Below, in pieces: positions 30,451 to 41,160 of a stretch of DNA of 52,669 nucleotides; positions within the stretch are counted from its first letter, which is position 1; each line of letters starts with the position of its first letter. The notes below the pieces were generated by a model. That model was not told where the DNA came from and searched no databases. It worked only from the letters and a program-made list of their open reading frames with translations. The DNA is taken from NCBI GenBank assembly GCA_038247415.1, contig JBBRUX010000026.1, positions 1-52,669 of the forward strand, in the 5' to 3' direction. This DNA comes from Chitinivibrionales bacterium. GTDB lineage: Bacteria; Fibrobacterota; Chitinivibrionia; Chitinivibrionales; WJKA01. A program made the position numbers and the translations under genes.

Positions 30451-31716
30451 TCAAGCATTTCCTGTCGGTCGTGTTGACATAATAAGCATCTGCAACCGGT
30501 TCTCGATATTTGCCTGGCTTGTATCGGCATCATAGTCGATGGGTAGAATGTGAATATGCGGAAACTTTTCTTTGAGTGATCCTATAAGCCCGCGACCGGT
30601 TACCTGATTGGGCATACATCCAAACGGTTGAATAATCAGGAATGCACTAACGCCATCCTGCGCATACGACATGATCTCGGCAGGAACCAGCCACCCTTCG
30701 CCAGCCATTATGGAAATATCGACAAAGCCTTTAACCTGATCGGCAAGCTCATTGACTGTTTTTCCCTTATGATACCCCGTAAACTTTTTATAAATTTTGT
30801 CAACCCTGTTGAAAATATGTGAGTACAAACAATCACTTAATTCTGAAACGAGCGTGGTAAGCAACGGATTCTTAGCCATACCCCGCTTAACACGATCGCG
30901 ATCGGCAACCACCGAACGCCAGAAAAATGTAACGATATCGGGCAGCAGTACTTCGAACCCGTGCTTCTCCAGATACCTCACCACGTGACCATTGGCCGAA
31001 TCGTGGTAATTCATAAGTATCTCGCCAATAACGAAACAGCGTGGGCGAGAAACTTCTTTTTTGACCGAAAAAAAGTTGAATTCGTCAACAGCATGCCGAA
31101 ACGCTTGCAGGCACTTCTGCGTGGATTTTTCGAGTCCACTTGACACTGCGTGCAAGTGCTTATCATAAAGGATATCGGCTGAACCGGGAATATTTTCGTA
31201 TGGGCGCACCGAAAGAAGCATGCGATGCAGGGCATCGGTAACAATTATCCCCCATACAATGTAGAGGTTCCACCGTAGTCCCATCTTAAAACCAGGATGC
31301 ATTTTTTTAGTATCGGTGCCAGTAGTAACAATAGCAACATCAGGATATCCTGCCTCGTCAAGTGCTTTGCGCGCCAAAGCCGAATATTGACCAGCGCGAC
31401 AATCAGCACAGTTTTTGGCAAGTGCGATAGCAACCTGCGATGGGGGAACCTTTCCGGCTTCCAGCCAGGCTAGAGCTTCGCCAATATTAATTTGCGCAGG
31501 ATAGCACATATCGTTATGAACAAACTTTTTACCCAGCTCCTTGGCACGTGCTCCTGCCATGGGCAGAGGAATTGCCTTGAAACCGAGTTTACGCATGACC
31601 GCAGCCGCAATAACCGAAAAACCAACCGAGAGGTTAGGAACACAGACAGTTCGTTTTTTTGCATCAATGCGATTAAAAATCACTTCAAAAGGGCGAGGAA
31701 GTTTTGGGGCATTCAT
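30451..31716 (-). CDS. 2-hydroxyacyl-CoA dehydratase/reductase-like subunit, PlsR-like
   Basis: NDMCYPA, CADCRAGQY, GEGW, QPFGCMPN, DYDADTS.AN.ENR. Confidence 0.8.
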   Translation of the reverse strand: MNAPKLPRPFEVIFNRIDAKKRTVCVPNLSVGFSVIAAAVMRKLGFKAIPLPMAGARAKELGKKFVHNDMCYPAQINIGEALAWLEAGKVPPSQVAIALAKNCADCRAGQYSALARKALDEAGYPDVAIVTTGTDTKKMHPGFKMGLRWNLYIVWGIIVTDALHRMLLSVRPYENIPGSADILYDKHLHAVSSGLEKSTQKCLQAFRHAVDEFNFFSVKKEVSRPRCFVIGEILMNYHDSANGHVVRYLEKHGFEVLLPDIVTFFWRSVVADRDRVKRGMAKNPLLTTLVSELSDCLYSHIFNRVDKIYKKFTGYHKGKTVNELADQVKGFVDISIMAGEGWLVPAEIMSYAQDGVSAFLIIQPFGCMPNQVTGRGLIGSLKEKFPHIHILPIDYDADTSQANIENRLQMLIMSTRPTGNA

Positions 31717-31719
31717 AAT

Positions 31720-34700
31720 TTAAATTCCACGCCTGCGCCGTACCGACTCTACAAACGAGCGAATGCGAATGCCCAGCGCACCGCCTGCTTCACCTTCGTC
31801 AAGTTTTAGCACGAGGGGTTCCTTGTTCGAAAGCGTATGCATAATACGGGTAACTTCATCGGAGATAATGGCATCGTGACCGCATCCAAAACTTACCAGC
31901 TGCACAAGCTCCAGATTCGGATGCTGCGCCGCAAAGACCGCTGCACCATAGAGCTCATAGTGAAACGGATTGTAGAGCTCCGGACGTGTATTCCGTAAAT
32001 CCAATGCGTCAATACCTGGTAGTGCATCAACCGTGAGAAGCGGAATATCGAGTGATGAAAAGAGTTCGGGAATACCGTGATTAATAAGCGGATCGGTATG
32101 ATAAGGTCGACCGGCAAGAACCACCCCCATGCGATTGTTAAGACTTATCCAGTCAAGCACTTTTTTTCCCTGTTCAACCATCTGCGCCTCAAACGTTTTC
32201 TGCGCTTTGTTCGCAACATCAACCGCTGCACGTGCCTGACTTTTGGTACATTTGAAATTCGCCATAAGAAACGCAACTACCTGTTTGTTGCGCATGGCAA
32301 TGGTTTCCCAATTAAAGGCTGGCACATCGACAATAACCGTTTTTTCATGCAGATGAGGCTGATTCATTTCGTTAATGACCAGCGGATATCCTTGCACAAT
32401 GGGGCACGTATTGACAGCCTGAGTATGTGCCATAGCCGAGGGCACCGAACGCATGGCGGGAATAAAGAGACGGTCAATACCTTTGGCAAGGAGATGCTCC
32501 ACATGTCCATGCGCAAGTTTTGCCGGAAAACAGATGCTGTCAGATGCGGCAAAGCGAGCACCCAATTCATACAGTGATCGTGTACTCGGGGGCGATAGGA
32601 GCACGGAATGCCCGCAAGCTAAAAAGAGCGTTTTCCAGAACGGCAGGCTGTGGTAGAACTCGAGTATGCGCGGAATGCCAATGGTCATGGGATTCGCAAC
32701 AGTAAATATAGATTTTTCAATAAAATTCTGTACAAGAGAACAGTTCCGAAATCGCACTGCGCAAGGAACTTTTTCCTTATGCACGCCATCTCCGGCATCT
32801 TCTATCCTACTCTGAACAGCACCGCGTTCGCAACGATTACCTGTACAGTGAACCGTAGCATTGCTGAACGCGACAATAGTCCGTTTACAGCGGTTCGCGC
32901 ACTTTTCACATCGATCGTAGGTAACACCGGCCGTAGTGAGCTTGCGCAAAGCGTCGAACCCGATAAAGCTACTGGTTAGTACAGGATGCTTTAGTAAATG
33001 TTCTTTTGTTAAAAGTGCAATGCCCAACGCGCCCATTTCGCCAGGATGTGGGGGACGGAACACCTTGACATCGGTATATTGTTCAAAAGCCCGCAACACG
33101 GCATCGTTTTTAAAGGTGCCACCCTGAACAACAATACGATTGCCCAGCTGTGCAGTATCACGTACCCGAACCACTTTTGAAAAGAGATTGTCAACTACGG
33201 AACGGCACAATCCGGCAATAATGTCTTCGACAGTACAGCCATTTTTCTGTGCGGTTGTTACCGACGAATTCATGAAAACCGTGCAACGCGATCCGAGTGA
33301 TGAAGGATGATGCGCCTTGAATGCTGTTTCGGCAATTTTTACCAGGGGAACATTAAGCGATCCGGCAAGCGTTTCGATGAACGATCCGCATCCGGCAGAG
33401 CAAGCTTCATTTAAATATAAGCTGGTAATCACACCATCGTTTATGCGGATCGCCTTCATATCCTGCCCGCCAATGTCAAGAATAAACGAGGCATCAGGGA
33501 CAAAGAAAAGGGCAGCATGAGCATGTGAAATTGTTTCAACCGTATGATAATCGGCACCCAAAGCCGAAGCGATCAGGTTTTCGCCGTACCCGGTTGTGCC
33601 GACACCCAAAATTTCAAGTTTTACCTGAAGCGAAGCATACCGGTTGGCAACAGAAAGCAGTGCATCTTTTACAATGGTAAGCGGATCACCAGCATTGGCC
33701 GCATAGAATTTATCAACCACTTCCCCAGATTCATTCACCAGCACAAACTTCATGGTTGTAGAGCCAGCATCAATCCCTAAATAGACCCGAGCCACCGAAT
33801 TTGTTTCGTATACGTGTGGTGTAAAGGCTGGCACAGCATGACGTGCATCGAACACCGTGCGTTCTTCGCTATTTGAAAAGAAGAGTCCAGAGGTTGTGGA
33901 TCCGGCTTCCCGAACCTGCATACTGCGTTCCAGCAGCTGATGCGCAGCTGTTCTCCCGCGATATTTCAGATGATCAAGCGATGGAATGGAAAGTGTAAGA
34001 GCAGCACCCATGGCAGCCAGTACCTGCGGCTGCTCGGGAATAATAATATCATCGGGAGTAAGCTTGAGGTGTTCTGCAAAAACATGTATAAGCTGAGTGT
34101 TATAATAGAGTGGTCCGCCTGCAAAGAGCACCGGGGCCTTGATGCGTGCTCCTTGGGCAAGTCCCGAGATAGTCTGACGAGCAACCGCATGAAAAAGCGA
34201 GAGCGCCAGGTCTTCCTTAGGTACACCCATATTGACAAGTGGCTGAAGATCGGTTTTGGCAAACACTCCACAGCGACCTGATATTTCAAGTATCTTCTTT
34301 CCGTAAATTGCAAGATCGTCAAGTTTTTCAACAGGAATATTAAGGAGCGACGCCATCTGATCCAGAAAGGCACCGGTACCCCCTGCGCAGCAGCCGTTCA
34401 TACGCATATCGAAAACCGACGACTTCTCTTGCCCGGGGTCCTTTTGGAAAAAGAGGAGTTTGGCATCTTGTCCGCCAAGTTCAATACAGGTACGGGCAGC
34501 AGGGAAAAACTCGATGATAGCCTTGGCAGTTGCTACCACTTCCTGTACAAACAATCCGCCTATTTTGCGGGAAATTGGTTCAGCACCGCTACCACAAATA
34601 GCAGCATCGAAGTGCACATCAGGAAATTTTTCATGCACACGCGCAATGAGCTGCGCTACCGTTTCAGCCTGTTTGGCAAAGTGGCGTTGATATTTCCAGT

Positions 34701-34875
34701 GAAGGAGTTTATACGTTTTTGGATCGACAACCGCAACTTTTACGGTAGTTGAACCAACATCAATACCGAGCCAGAGCGTAGCAGTTGGAACCAGCTTCTG
34801 ATGGTGGGAGGTATGTATATCGAACGATTCCGGCTCAATTACCGGAGTACTCATATTCACGGGAATGGTGCTCAT
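31720..34875 (-). CDS. Two BadF/BadG/BcrA/BcrD activator ATPase domains plus a DUF2229-like domain, PlsA-like
   Basis: GIDVGSTT and GIDAGSTT, GGQD twice, CAGGTG and CSAGCG, ICFPAKLAHG, FGCGHD. Confidence 0.88.
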   Translation of the reverse strand: MSTIPVNMSTPVIEPESFDIHTSHHQKLVPTATLWLGIDVGSTTVKVAVVDPKTYKLLHWKYQRHFAKQAETVAQLIARVHEKFPDVHFDAAICGSGAEPISRKIGGLFVQEVVATAKAIIEFFPAARTCIELGGQDAKLLFFQKDPGQEKSSVFDMRMNGCCAGGTGAFLDQMASLLNIPVEKLDDLAIYGKKILEISGRCGVFAKTDLQPLVNMGVPKEDLALSLFHAVARQTISGLAQGARIKAPVLFAGGPLYYNTQLIHVFAEHLKLTPDDIIIPEQPQVLAAMGAALTLSIPSLDHLKYRGRTAAHQLLERSMQVREAGSTTSGLFFSNSEERTVFDARHAVPAFTPHVYETNSVARVYLGIDAGSTTMKFVLVNESGEVVDKFYAANAGDPLTIVKDALLSVANRYASLQVKLEILGVGTTGYGENLIASALGADYHTVETISHAHAALFFVPDASFILDIGGQDMKAIRINDGVITSLYLNEACSAGCGSFIETLAGSLNVPLVKIAETAFKAHHPSSLGSRCTVFMNSSVTTAQKNGCTVEDIIAGLCRSVVDNLFSKVVRVRDTAQLGNRIVVQGGTFKNDAVLRAFEQYTDVKVFRPPHPGEMGALGIALLTKEHLLKHPVLTSSFIGFDALRKLTTAGVTYDRCEKCANRCKRTIVAFSNATVHCTGNRCERGAVQSRIEDAGDGVHKEKVPCAVRFRNCSLVQNFIEKSIFTVANPMTIGIPRILEFYHSLPFWKTLFLACGHSVLLSPPSTRSLYELGARFAASDSICFPAKLAHGHVEHLLAKGIDRLFIPAMRSVPSAMAHTQAVNTCPIVQGYPLVINEMNQPHLHEKTVIVDVPAFNWETIAMRNKQVVAFLMANFKCTKSQARAAVDVANKAQKTFEAQMVEQGKKVLDWISLNNRMGVVLAGRPYHTDPLINHGIPELFSSLDIPLLTVDALPGIDALDLRNTRPELYNPFHYELYGAAVFAAQHPNLELVQLVSFGCGHDAIISDEVTRIMHTLSNKEPLVLKLDEGEAGGALGIRIRSFVESVRRRRGI

Positions 34876-35180
34876 CCTTTTACCTTTGAACTGCCCGGTG
34901 TTTTTAGGGCGCGGTCGCCCCTAAATTCCTAAATCTGCGCCTGCGTTCTGGGCAAGCCGTCGTGTAATGAACGAAAATAGTTTATGTCGACCTTGATGTT
35001 GACGATCCCCCGTTCCATGGTATGGGAATTATCGGAAAATCAGATGAATGTTTTGAGTTTAAATGCAATCCAGCTCATGGTATTCTTCGCAAGAAGTTCA
35101 ATGATCTTTTCGCAGGCAAATACGAGATTCGCCTTTGCGAGGAGGCATGCTACCCGGGGCAGTGATTATATCCCCTGACA
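34872..35180 (-). pseudogene. 3' remnant of a gene formerly coupled to the activator gene
   Basis: About 100 codons with two in-frame stops, ending in TGA overlapping ATG 34875; identity unclear. Confidence 0.3.
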
Positions 35181-35339
35181 CCGAGGCATCGAGCGCTTGC
35201 TCGTGGGCAGTTTCGCTAGCCGACTTACATCGCAATTGAAAATAATAAAATTACGGCAATTACGATCCTCATTAAATCGTATTTATGTATAACTAAAACA
35301 GTTCACACAATTGTGCATAAACAAATCAAAGGAGTCAAA

Positions 35340-35972
35340 ATGTCAAAGGTACTTGTTTTAAAAGCGAATCCTAAACCTGTAGCAACTTCCTATACGCTCC
35401 GCCTGAGTGAAGCTTTTGTCAATGCTTACAAGGCAGAACATCCAGGAGATACGATAATTGAGTTGGATCTTTTTAAAGAAAAACTTCCTGCTATTGATGA
35501 AATTGGGTTTGTTGCCTGGGGAAAACAGGGTGGATTCATACCTGCACCACCAACCCCCGATGAATCGGCCTGGATTGAAAGTAATGAAAAAATAATCGAT
35601 CAATTTTTATTAGTTGACAAAGTAGTACTGGCTGCTCCGATGTGGAATTTCAACTTTCCACCCGTGGTAAAAGCCTACATCGATAACATCATTGTTGCGA
35701 AAAAGACATTCATGTATACCGCAACGGGACCAGTCGGATTAGCAAAGGATAAGCCGGTGCTGCTTATCCAATCAAGAGGTGGTATATACTCAAGTGGACC
35801 TTTGGCTGGATATGAACATGCAGAAAGCTACCTCAGATCAATTCTTGGATTTATCGGAATTACGAGCTTTCAAACATTGCTCGTAGAAGGTGTGAACATG
35901 ACACCAGACAAAGCAGAAGATATTTTTGAAAGCGCAGTTGTAAAAGCTAAGGAGCTTGCAAAGAAGTTTTAA
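35340..35972 (+). CDS. azoR: FMN-dependent NADH-azoreductase
   Basis: MSKVLVLKANP, APMWNF, KAYID, SRGGIYS; AAGGAG RBS before ATG 35340. Confidence 0.92.
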   Translation: MSKVLVLKANPKPVATSYTLRLSEAFVNAYKAEHPGDTIIELDLFKEKLPAIDEIGFVAWGKQGGFIPAPPTPDESAWIESNEKIIDQFLLVDKVVLAAPMWNFNFPPVVKAYIDNIIVAKKTFMYTATGPVGLAKDKPVLLIQSRGGIYSSGPLAGYEHAESYLRSILGFIGITSFQTLLVEGVNMTPDKAEDIFESAVVKAKELAKKF

Positions 35973-35996
35973 TATTTGATTATCATGACGAAATAG

Positions 35997-36040
35997 AAAA
36001 AGACCTCCTGGATTTTACTTTTCGTGAGGTTTTTTATTTT
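35997..36040 (+). terminator. Putative intrinsic terminator
   Basis: AAAAGACCTC...GAGGTTTTTT followed by a T-rich tail. Confidence 0.5.
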
Positions 36041-36124
36041 AAGACGCATAATAAAAAGAACTTTTTTTAAAAGAAGAGACGCAACGCATTTTTTTTTGCT
36101 TTTCTTCACCCAATTTTCCCGCAT

Positions 36125-36262
36125 TCACCGCCAGGGATCATAGTCAATACCGTTGCAAAAAAGGTAGCCAGTCAGCTTGCCGGCATGCTGTTGTGCATGC
36201 CTAAGGCCGTAAATAAGTCGATGGTAAACCGAGCAAAAACCGTCTGGGCTATTATCATACAT
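36125..36262 (-). pseudogene. C-terminal remnant of a DinB-like protein
   Basis: LIYGLRHAQQHAGKL...GIDYDPW resembles the DinB HxxxHxGQL motif. Confidence 0.4.
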
Positions 36263-36325
36263 ACTGATGAAAATAGCGTTGCATCTGTATGAATATTGTG
36301 GTATATTTAGCACAGGAGGTTTGCT

Positions 36326-36580
36326 ATGACACGAACGACAATATCCCTGCACGAATCTGTTTTCGAGAGTGTCCGCAAGGTTGCACACGCATCGCACACG
36401 ACCCTTGGGGAAACCATCACCGAACTTCTCACTCTGGGGCTTGCCGCGAAGAAAACACTGCAGCATCAACAGGGTCAGTCTCATAAATTCCTGCTGAAAA
36501 CATATTCCCTGGGAGTCCCCACTATCCCGCTTGAAGACAAAGACGCTATTAATACAGTCTTGGATCGGGGTATCCATTGA
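36326..36580 (+). CDS. vapB: VapB-type antitoxin (RHH)
   Basis: MTRTTISL RHH start, AGGAGG RBS, stop overlaps the toxin TTG. Confidence 0.85.
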   Translation: MTRTTISLHESVFESVRKVAHASHTTLGETITELLTLGLAAKKTLQHQQGQSHKFLLKTYSLGVPTIPLEDKDAINTVLDRGIH

Positions 36581-37017
36581 GTTTTGTCGTTGACGCCAAT
36601 ATATTGATTTATGGAATTAACCAGGACTCGGAATTCAATGCCGGGGCCAAAAAATTCATCGAACAGTGTGCGGTTATTGATGAACCATGGTTCATGCCCT
36701 GGCCAGTCATTTCCGCCTTTATCCGAATTTCCACCCATCCGGCAATACTTCCCCATCCGTTATCAACTCCGCAAGCGGTGGCAGCAATGGACCAGATTCT
36801 TGAGTTACCGAATGTCGTAATGCCTGGCGAGGACGGGGGAAACCTTTGGAAAAGATTTTCAAAAGAAATCTCAACCCTTCATTGCAAAGGAAACGTCGTC
36901 ACCGACGCTTTAATTGTTTGCATAATGCGCGAACATGGGATAACGAAGCTTTATTCAAAAGACCGGGACTTTTTAAAATTCCGTGGAATTAAAGTGATTG
37001 ATCCGATTGACGTGTAA
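36577..37017 (+). CDS. vapC: VapC PIN-domain toxin
   Basis: VVDANILIY, FIRISTHP, GNVVTDA, SKDRDF. Confidence 0.9.
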   Translation: MSFVVDANILIYGINQDSEFNAGAKKFIEQCAVIDEPWFMPWPVISAFIRISTHPAILPHPLSTPQAVAAMDQILELPNVVMPGEDGGNLWKRFSKEISTLHCKGNVVTDALIVCIMREHGITKLYSKDRDFLKFRGIKVIDPIDV

Positions 37018-37058
37018 GAATAGACATTTCCGCATTACCTTTAAAAGAAAGAATAAAA

Positions 37059-37339
37059 ATGACTCAAGACGAAAATCAATTTTTAGATGCGTTGCAGAAT
37101 ATTGAATTTGCATTAAAGACTCAATACGAATCCAATGAAAATCTAACAGATTCAAAAGTTACTATTGCATTGGAAAATGCAACAATCGATGTAAAGAAGG
37201 CTTTTGGTTTTGCAAAAAAAAACTAATCGATGATCCAGCTATTGAGGAAATACTTAAAATTTGTGTCGATATAGGAATGGAAAGAATTGGCAAAATTGAT
37301 AATTTAACACTAAAAGAATATTGCACTTCGAGCTCATGA
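37059..37339 (+). pseudogene. Hypothetical protein, frameshifted in an A9 run and probably 3'-truncated
   Basis: MTQDENQFLDALQNIEF...GFAKK stops just after A9 (37214-37222); protein-like LIDDPAIEEILKICVDIGMERIGK continues in a shifted frame. Confidence 0.55.
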
Positions 37340-37479
37340 ACGCCCTGATGACACCACGGTATTGAGTCCACACCGCACGATCGTTTCTGCCTTTGTCAAT
37401 CCCACGTGCACCTTGCAAATTCGTCTGCAACGATGCTTATACTCCGAGGTGAGGTAACAACCCATTTGTAGCCAATCCT

Positions 37480-38005
37480 TTATGGATTTACTACCATCCT
37501 CAAGCCAAGAAATAATTCTTTCCCCTGCGAACGAACAGTCACGGAATAAATGCCAGCCTTCAACCCGAAGCTATTAATATCCTGATATTTCAAAGCATTC
37601 ATGATTGTCTTAACGGTCATACCGACGGTAGTACGGATGATAATCTCACTGCCCTTAACAAAAGATTAATTGACAAAATGGCTAGAGTCCGCTTGATTCA
37701 ATCCGATCGGCTTGTCGGCGTAATCATTTTCGCAAGCATTTTGCTCATCAGCATAAAAGATATACTCTTTGTCCGCCAGGCATTTTGAATAACCGAACGT
37801 TGTGGGAATTTCCTTATAGTCGATGGAATAGCTGCCATGTGGTGGTAAGACCCGCACTATCCACCGAGTCGTTTATCCGGCCATGAGGCTGCAGCAAGAG
37901 GGCTCCGGTTCCATCCGTAGAGCGGATGTTTCTCGCTACAATTCCCGTTGTCATGCCTTTTGATCCACCGCTGGTAGTCGGGACCAAGGCCACGTCGGCC
38001 CCCAA
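37480..38005 (-). pseudogene. Decayed secreted protein with sorting-tail remnant
   Basis: Fragmented frames; after a stop at 37666 the frame resumes to LKAGIYSVTVRSQGK...VVNP*. Confidence 0.45.
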
Positions 38006-38414
38006 TTCAAATCTTAAAGTTATCCCGGAATTTTGATTTCACGGCTGCAGGTCGAGCGCATGAAGAAGCTCTCTTTACATCCGCAAGCATTATAAACTCT
38101 GGTTACAGACTCACTCTTCCGACAAGGCTCATTGTCGAAGATACATGTTTTGATGCTACGAATCAAGCACGTGACGGAAAGATGTACGGGAGTTTTCCGC
38201 TTTTTTTGTTGAATCGCTACAAAACGGAGAATTTCAATAGTAAGGAAAGTTTATTGCCCTGCATCATGAAAAATGGGACTCATTAATAGCATAGAGTAAC
38301 CACTGCCAATAGCGGCAATTAAGAAACCATGAAAGATTTGAGACAGCGAGTCTCGAGTGAATAATGTTGGATTAGCCCAAATTAAGTTCTCGTTTTTCAG
38401 AACATCTTCTGATC

Positions 38415-39116
38415 TTACTTGAAATTCTCTGCCGACAATCCATTCTTTTGTGCAAACTCTTTCCCTTCGGCTGCCCAAATAAATCCTCGTTTCATGATTT
38501 CGAGTGGCTCTGGTGCATCAAAGATGTCGGCATGGTGCCCTAATGAACAGTAGAATACCCGGCCAGCTGCCCACTTTTTTGTCCATGCAACAGGCATTTC
38601 AACTGTCCCGTTCGGGGAGTGCTACCAGGCGACATTCGGAAATGTGGTTGTTGCCAACACCGTAACTGCTGGATCTACATGCAGGTAATAGTGCTCGGAC
38701 TTTACGATGTAGTTTTCTATTCCATCAAGTACAGATGCACATTCTTTCTTGACATTGACAGAGTAGGTTACACCATCACCTCCCGGGTGCGATACCCAGT
38801 TGCCGCCGGTCATGAATTGCCACTGCACACTTTCGCGAAATGCATCGCACATACCACCATGACAACCTGCCATACCGGTGCCGTTTGCCACGGCTTCGCA
38901 TACGGCGTTTTCCTGCTCTCCCGTTAATTTGCCCATTGTCCATATCGGAACAATCAGATCGAGCTGTTTAAGCTTTTCCCCATCATTAAATGAATCTAGA
39001 GTTGTGGAAATCTCAACTTCAAAACCACTTTTAACAAGTGTTGTGTTGAAGACATTTGCCACTTTGTCCGGCTCATGGCCATCCCATCCGCCCCATACAA
39101 TAAGAGCTTTTTTCAT
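38415..39116 (-). pseudogene. ThuA-like domain protein with a premature TAG
   Basis: [36 protein letters not shown] in one frame, interrupted by TAG at 38622-38624. Confidence 0.88.
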
Positions 39117-39120
39117 ACTA

Positions 39121-39747
39121 TTACCACTCCTTTCCTTCGACAAGTCCGGCAGGCAGCGCCATTGGTTTGTCGCAGGTTGATGTAAGATGAATTGCTTTTC
39201 CGTTTTTTGAGGACTCTTCGAATGACACCATGACATCGAGAATATGTGCAGCCATAATGCCGGATGCCCGTAATGGGCGTTTGTTCTGGATGGCAAGCGC
39301 CATATCCGCAACGCCGATTCCTCGCGAGTTGTCTCCGTAGCTATGACTTGACAGAGAAACATCAACCCAGTCGGTATCATTGTGTCGGCGAATTTTTACC
39401 GGCCCACCAAATCCGTTGGGATCGGGAACCAGGAGCGATCCTTTGGTACCATGAATTTCTATGCGCGGTACGGTTGACGCCCACACATCGAAGCTCATGA
39501 CCATGGAGTTGACTTTCGCATGCAGTTCCGGTGTGGTAAGGTTGACCACTATGTCGATATCTTTGCGGGCTAGGAGCTCCTCGGTGGTACAACTGGCTAT
39601 ATTGAACTCTTGTGCCTTTGCCAAAGAGCGTTCAGCTGAAAGGTCGGAGCACGCAACAACGGTTACCCACGGGAATCGTTTGGTAAGATTTGTAAAGTAT
39701 ATGCTGCTGATGTTGCCACACCCGACAATACCGATTCTGGTTATCAT
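39121..39747 (-). pseudogene. Gfo/Idh/MocA oxidoreductase with an in-frame internal deletion
   Basis: IGIVGCGNIS...VNLTTPELH joined to MSFDVW..IEIHGTKG at ~39505. The AGKHVxxEKP motif and middle third are absent (208 aa vs ~360 typical). Confidence 0.85.
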
Positions 39748-39815
39748 GGAGAACTCCTTTTTATATGATATGTATCTTTTTCGTGATCGATATAAGTTAT
39801 CTATCGCATGTGTAA

Positions 39816-39855
39816 TAATCTACGATAGTTACTTTTAATGTACGATGGATACTAT
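39816..39855. promoter_or_regulatory. Tandem 20-bp direct repeat, candidate AraC-family site
   Basis: TAATCTACGATAGTTACTTT / TAATGTACGATGGATACTAT (16/20) between the divergent araC and gfo genes. Confidence 0.55.
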
Positions 39856-39865
39856 TTTCTAAGAT

Positions 39866-40726
39866 ATGGACTTTATTCGCAATTTTTCATCAAGAACCGG
39901 TGGTGATTTTTCCATCCATCTGGCGCCATATCATCGCACTACCGCCCATCCATTTCGCATTGCAACCATAGGATATATACCGGCAAAAAAAAACTGGACA
40001 GATTGGACATTCGACTCGCATAACTTTTCATTTATTCTCGAAGGAACGGGTAACTATCATGATCGGGGCACTGTTGTGCCGGTAACGGCCCCATGCGTAC
40101 TCACTCAAACTCCCCACGTACGTCAACAGTATGGCCCTTTAGACACCTGGAAGGAGCTTTACCTGATTTACCATGCAGAGACTGCCGAAAAATTCATTCA
40201 GAGAAAGTTTTACTCTGCCGAAAAGCCCAACTGGCCGATTTCACAACTGCCAGTAGTTTCTGCACGTATCGAAGAACTTATGGGACTTCTCAATAGGGTG
40301 GAGGAACCCTTTGTTATTGACAGAATAGATCTTTTGTGTGAAATGCTTATTCTCGAAAGTCTAACCTGCGGTGGAACACATCCCATGTCGCGTGAGGAAA
40401 AGATGGTTAAGGATATTGAGCGGCGCATGAGACGCGATCTTTTAGCTGAGTATGATTTCAATGATATTGCCAATGAATTGGGAATGCATCCTGCCACCTT
40501 CAGACGATATTGGGAAAAGTATTGCCCCATGACTCCCGGGCGATTTTTATCGCGACTTCGTCTGGAGGATGCTTGTAAACAGTTGGTTGAAACCAGACTA
40601 ACCATTGCCGAGATTGCCTACGCACTTAATTTCGAGGATCCCCTGTACTTTTCGCGCAGGTTTAGGAATGAGTTCGGCTGCACAGCCAGCGAATATAGAC
40701 TGCGAAATAAAGGTTTATTGCCATAA
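39866..40726 (+). CDS. AraC-family transcriptional regulator
   Basis: IAEIAYALNFEDPLYFSRRFRNEFGCTASEYR. Confidence 0.92.
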   Translation: MDFIRNFSSRTGGDFSIHLAPYHRTTAHPFRIATIGYIPAKKNWTDWTFDSHNFSFILEGTGNYHDRGTVVPVTAPCVLTQTPHVRQQYGPLDTWKELYLIYHAETAEKFIQRKFYSAEKPNWPISQLPVVSARIEELMGLLNRVEEPFVIDRIDLLCEMLILESLTCGGTHPMSREEKMVKDIERRMRRDLLAEYDFNDIANELGMHPATFRRYWEKYCPMTPGRFLSRLRLEDACKQLVETRLTIAEIAYALNFEDPLYFSRRFRNEFGCTASEYRLRNKGLLP

Positions 40727-40753
40727 ATCATAGAAATTGTGAGTGGTGAGCCC

Positions 40754-41130
40754 ATGTCAATCGCCATTGCATCGCCGGGCACCTATTACCTCAGGCTTCA
40801 TTGCGGTGCCGCGAATTCATCGCAGAGCTATTCCCTACAGATCGCCTCTCCTGGAGTAGCTATTGTCAATCGCAAGGATCAATTTCGGTAAATTCTCTGC
40901 TTAGTCCGGCGAATAGCAGGATCAGGTTCAGTTTGGCAAAGGCGGGTTACACGACGCTGAAGGTATATGATATGCAGGGAAAAACGGCAGCCACGCTTGT
41001 AGCCGGAAATCTTAAGGACGGCTCTTATTCTATTCAGCTGCAGGCATCGGCCTTTCCGTGCAAAGCATATATATGTCGATTGCAGAGTGGCGCCTTCGAC
41101 GCGACAAAACTTCTTACGTTTACGCACTAA
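40754..41130 (+). pseudogene. 3' remnant of a secreted protein (PPC-like strand plus sorting domain)
   Basis: PGTYYLRL..SYSLQI, then in a shifted frame IRFSLAKAGYTTLKVYDMQGK...AYICRLQSG; no 5' part or signal peptide. Confidence 0.65.
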
Positions 41131-41160
41131 AAACGCAGAGCGTTGAGGGAAAATAGCGGG

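Noticed and set aside
31716..31720. Activator/reductase split as a pseudogenising lesion
   Set aside because: A two-gene arrangement split at this domain boundary is known (plsA/plsR), and the second ORF has its own ATG.
36100..37400. Integron cassette array around vapBC
   Set aside because: No paired attC R''/R' boxes could be identified.
21156..38624. TAG readthrough or recoding (in-frame TAG in the SNF2 and ThuA genes)
   Set aside because: TAG ends several intact genes here (e.g. trxA, trehalase, mgtA, the 906-aa gene), and both loci carry other lesions.
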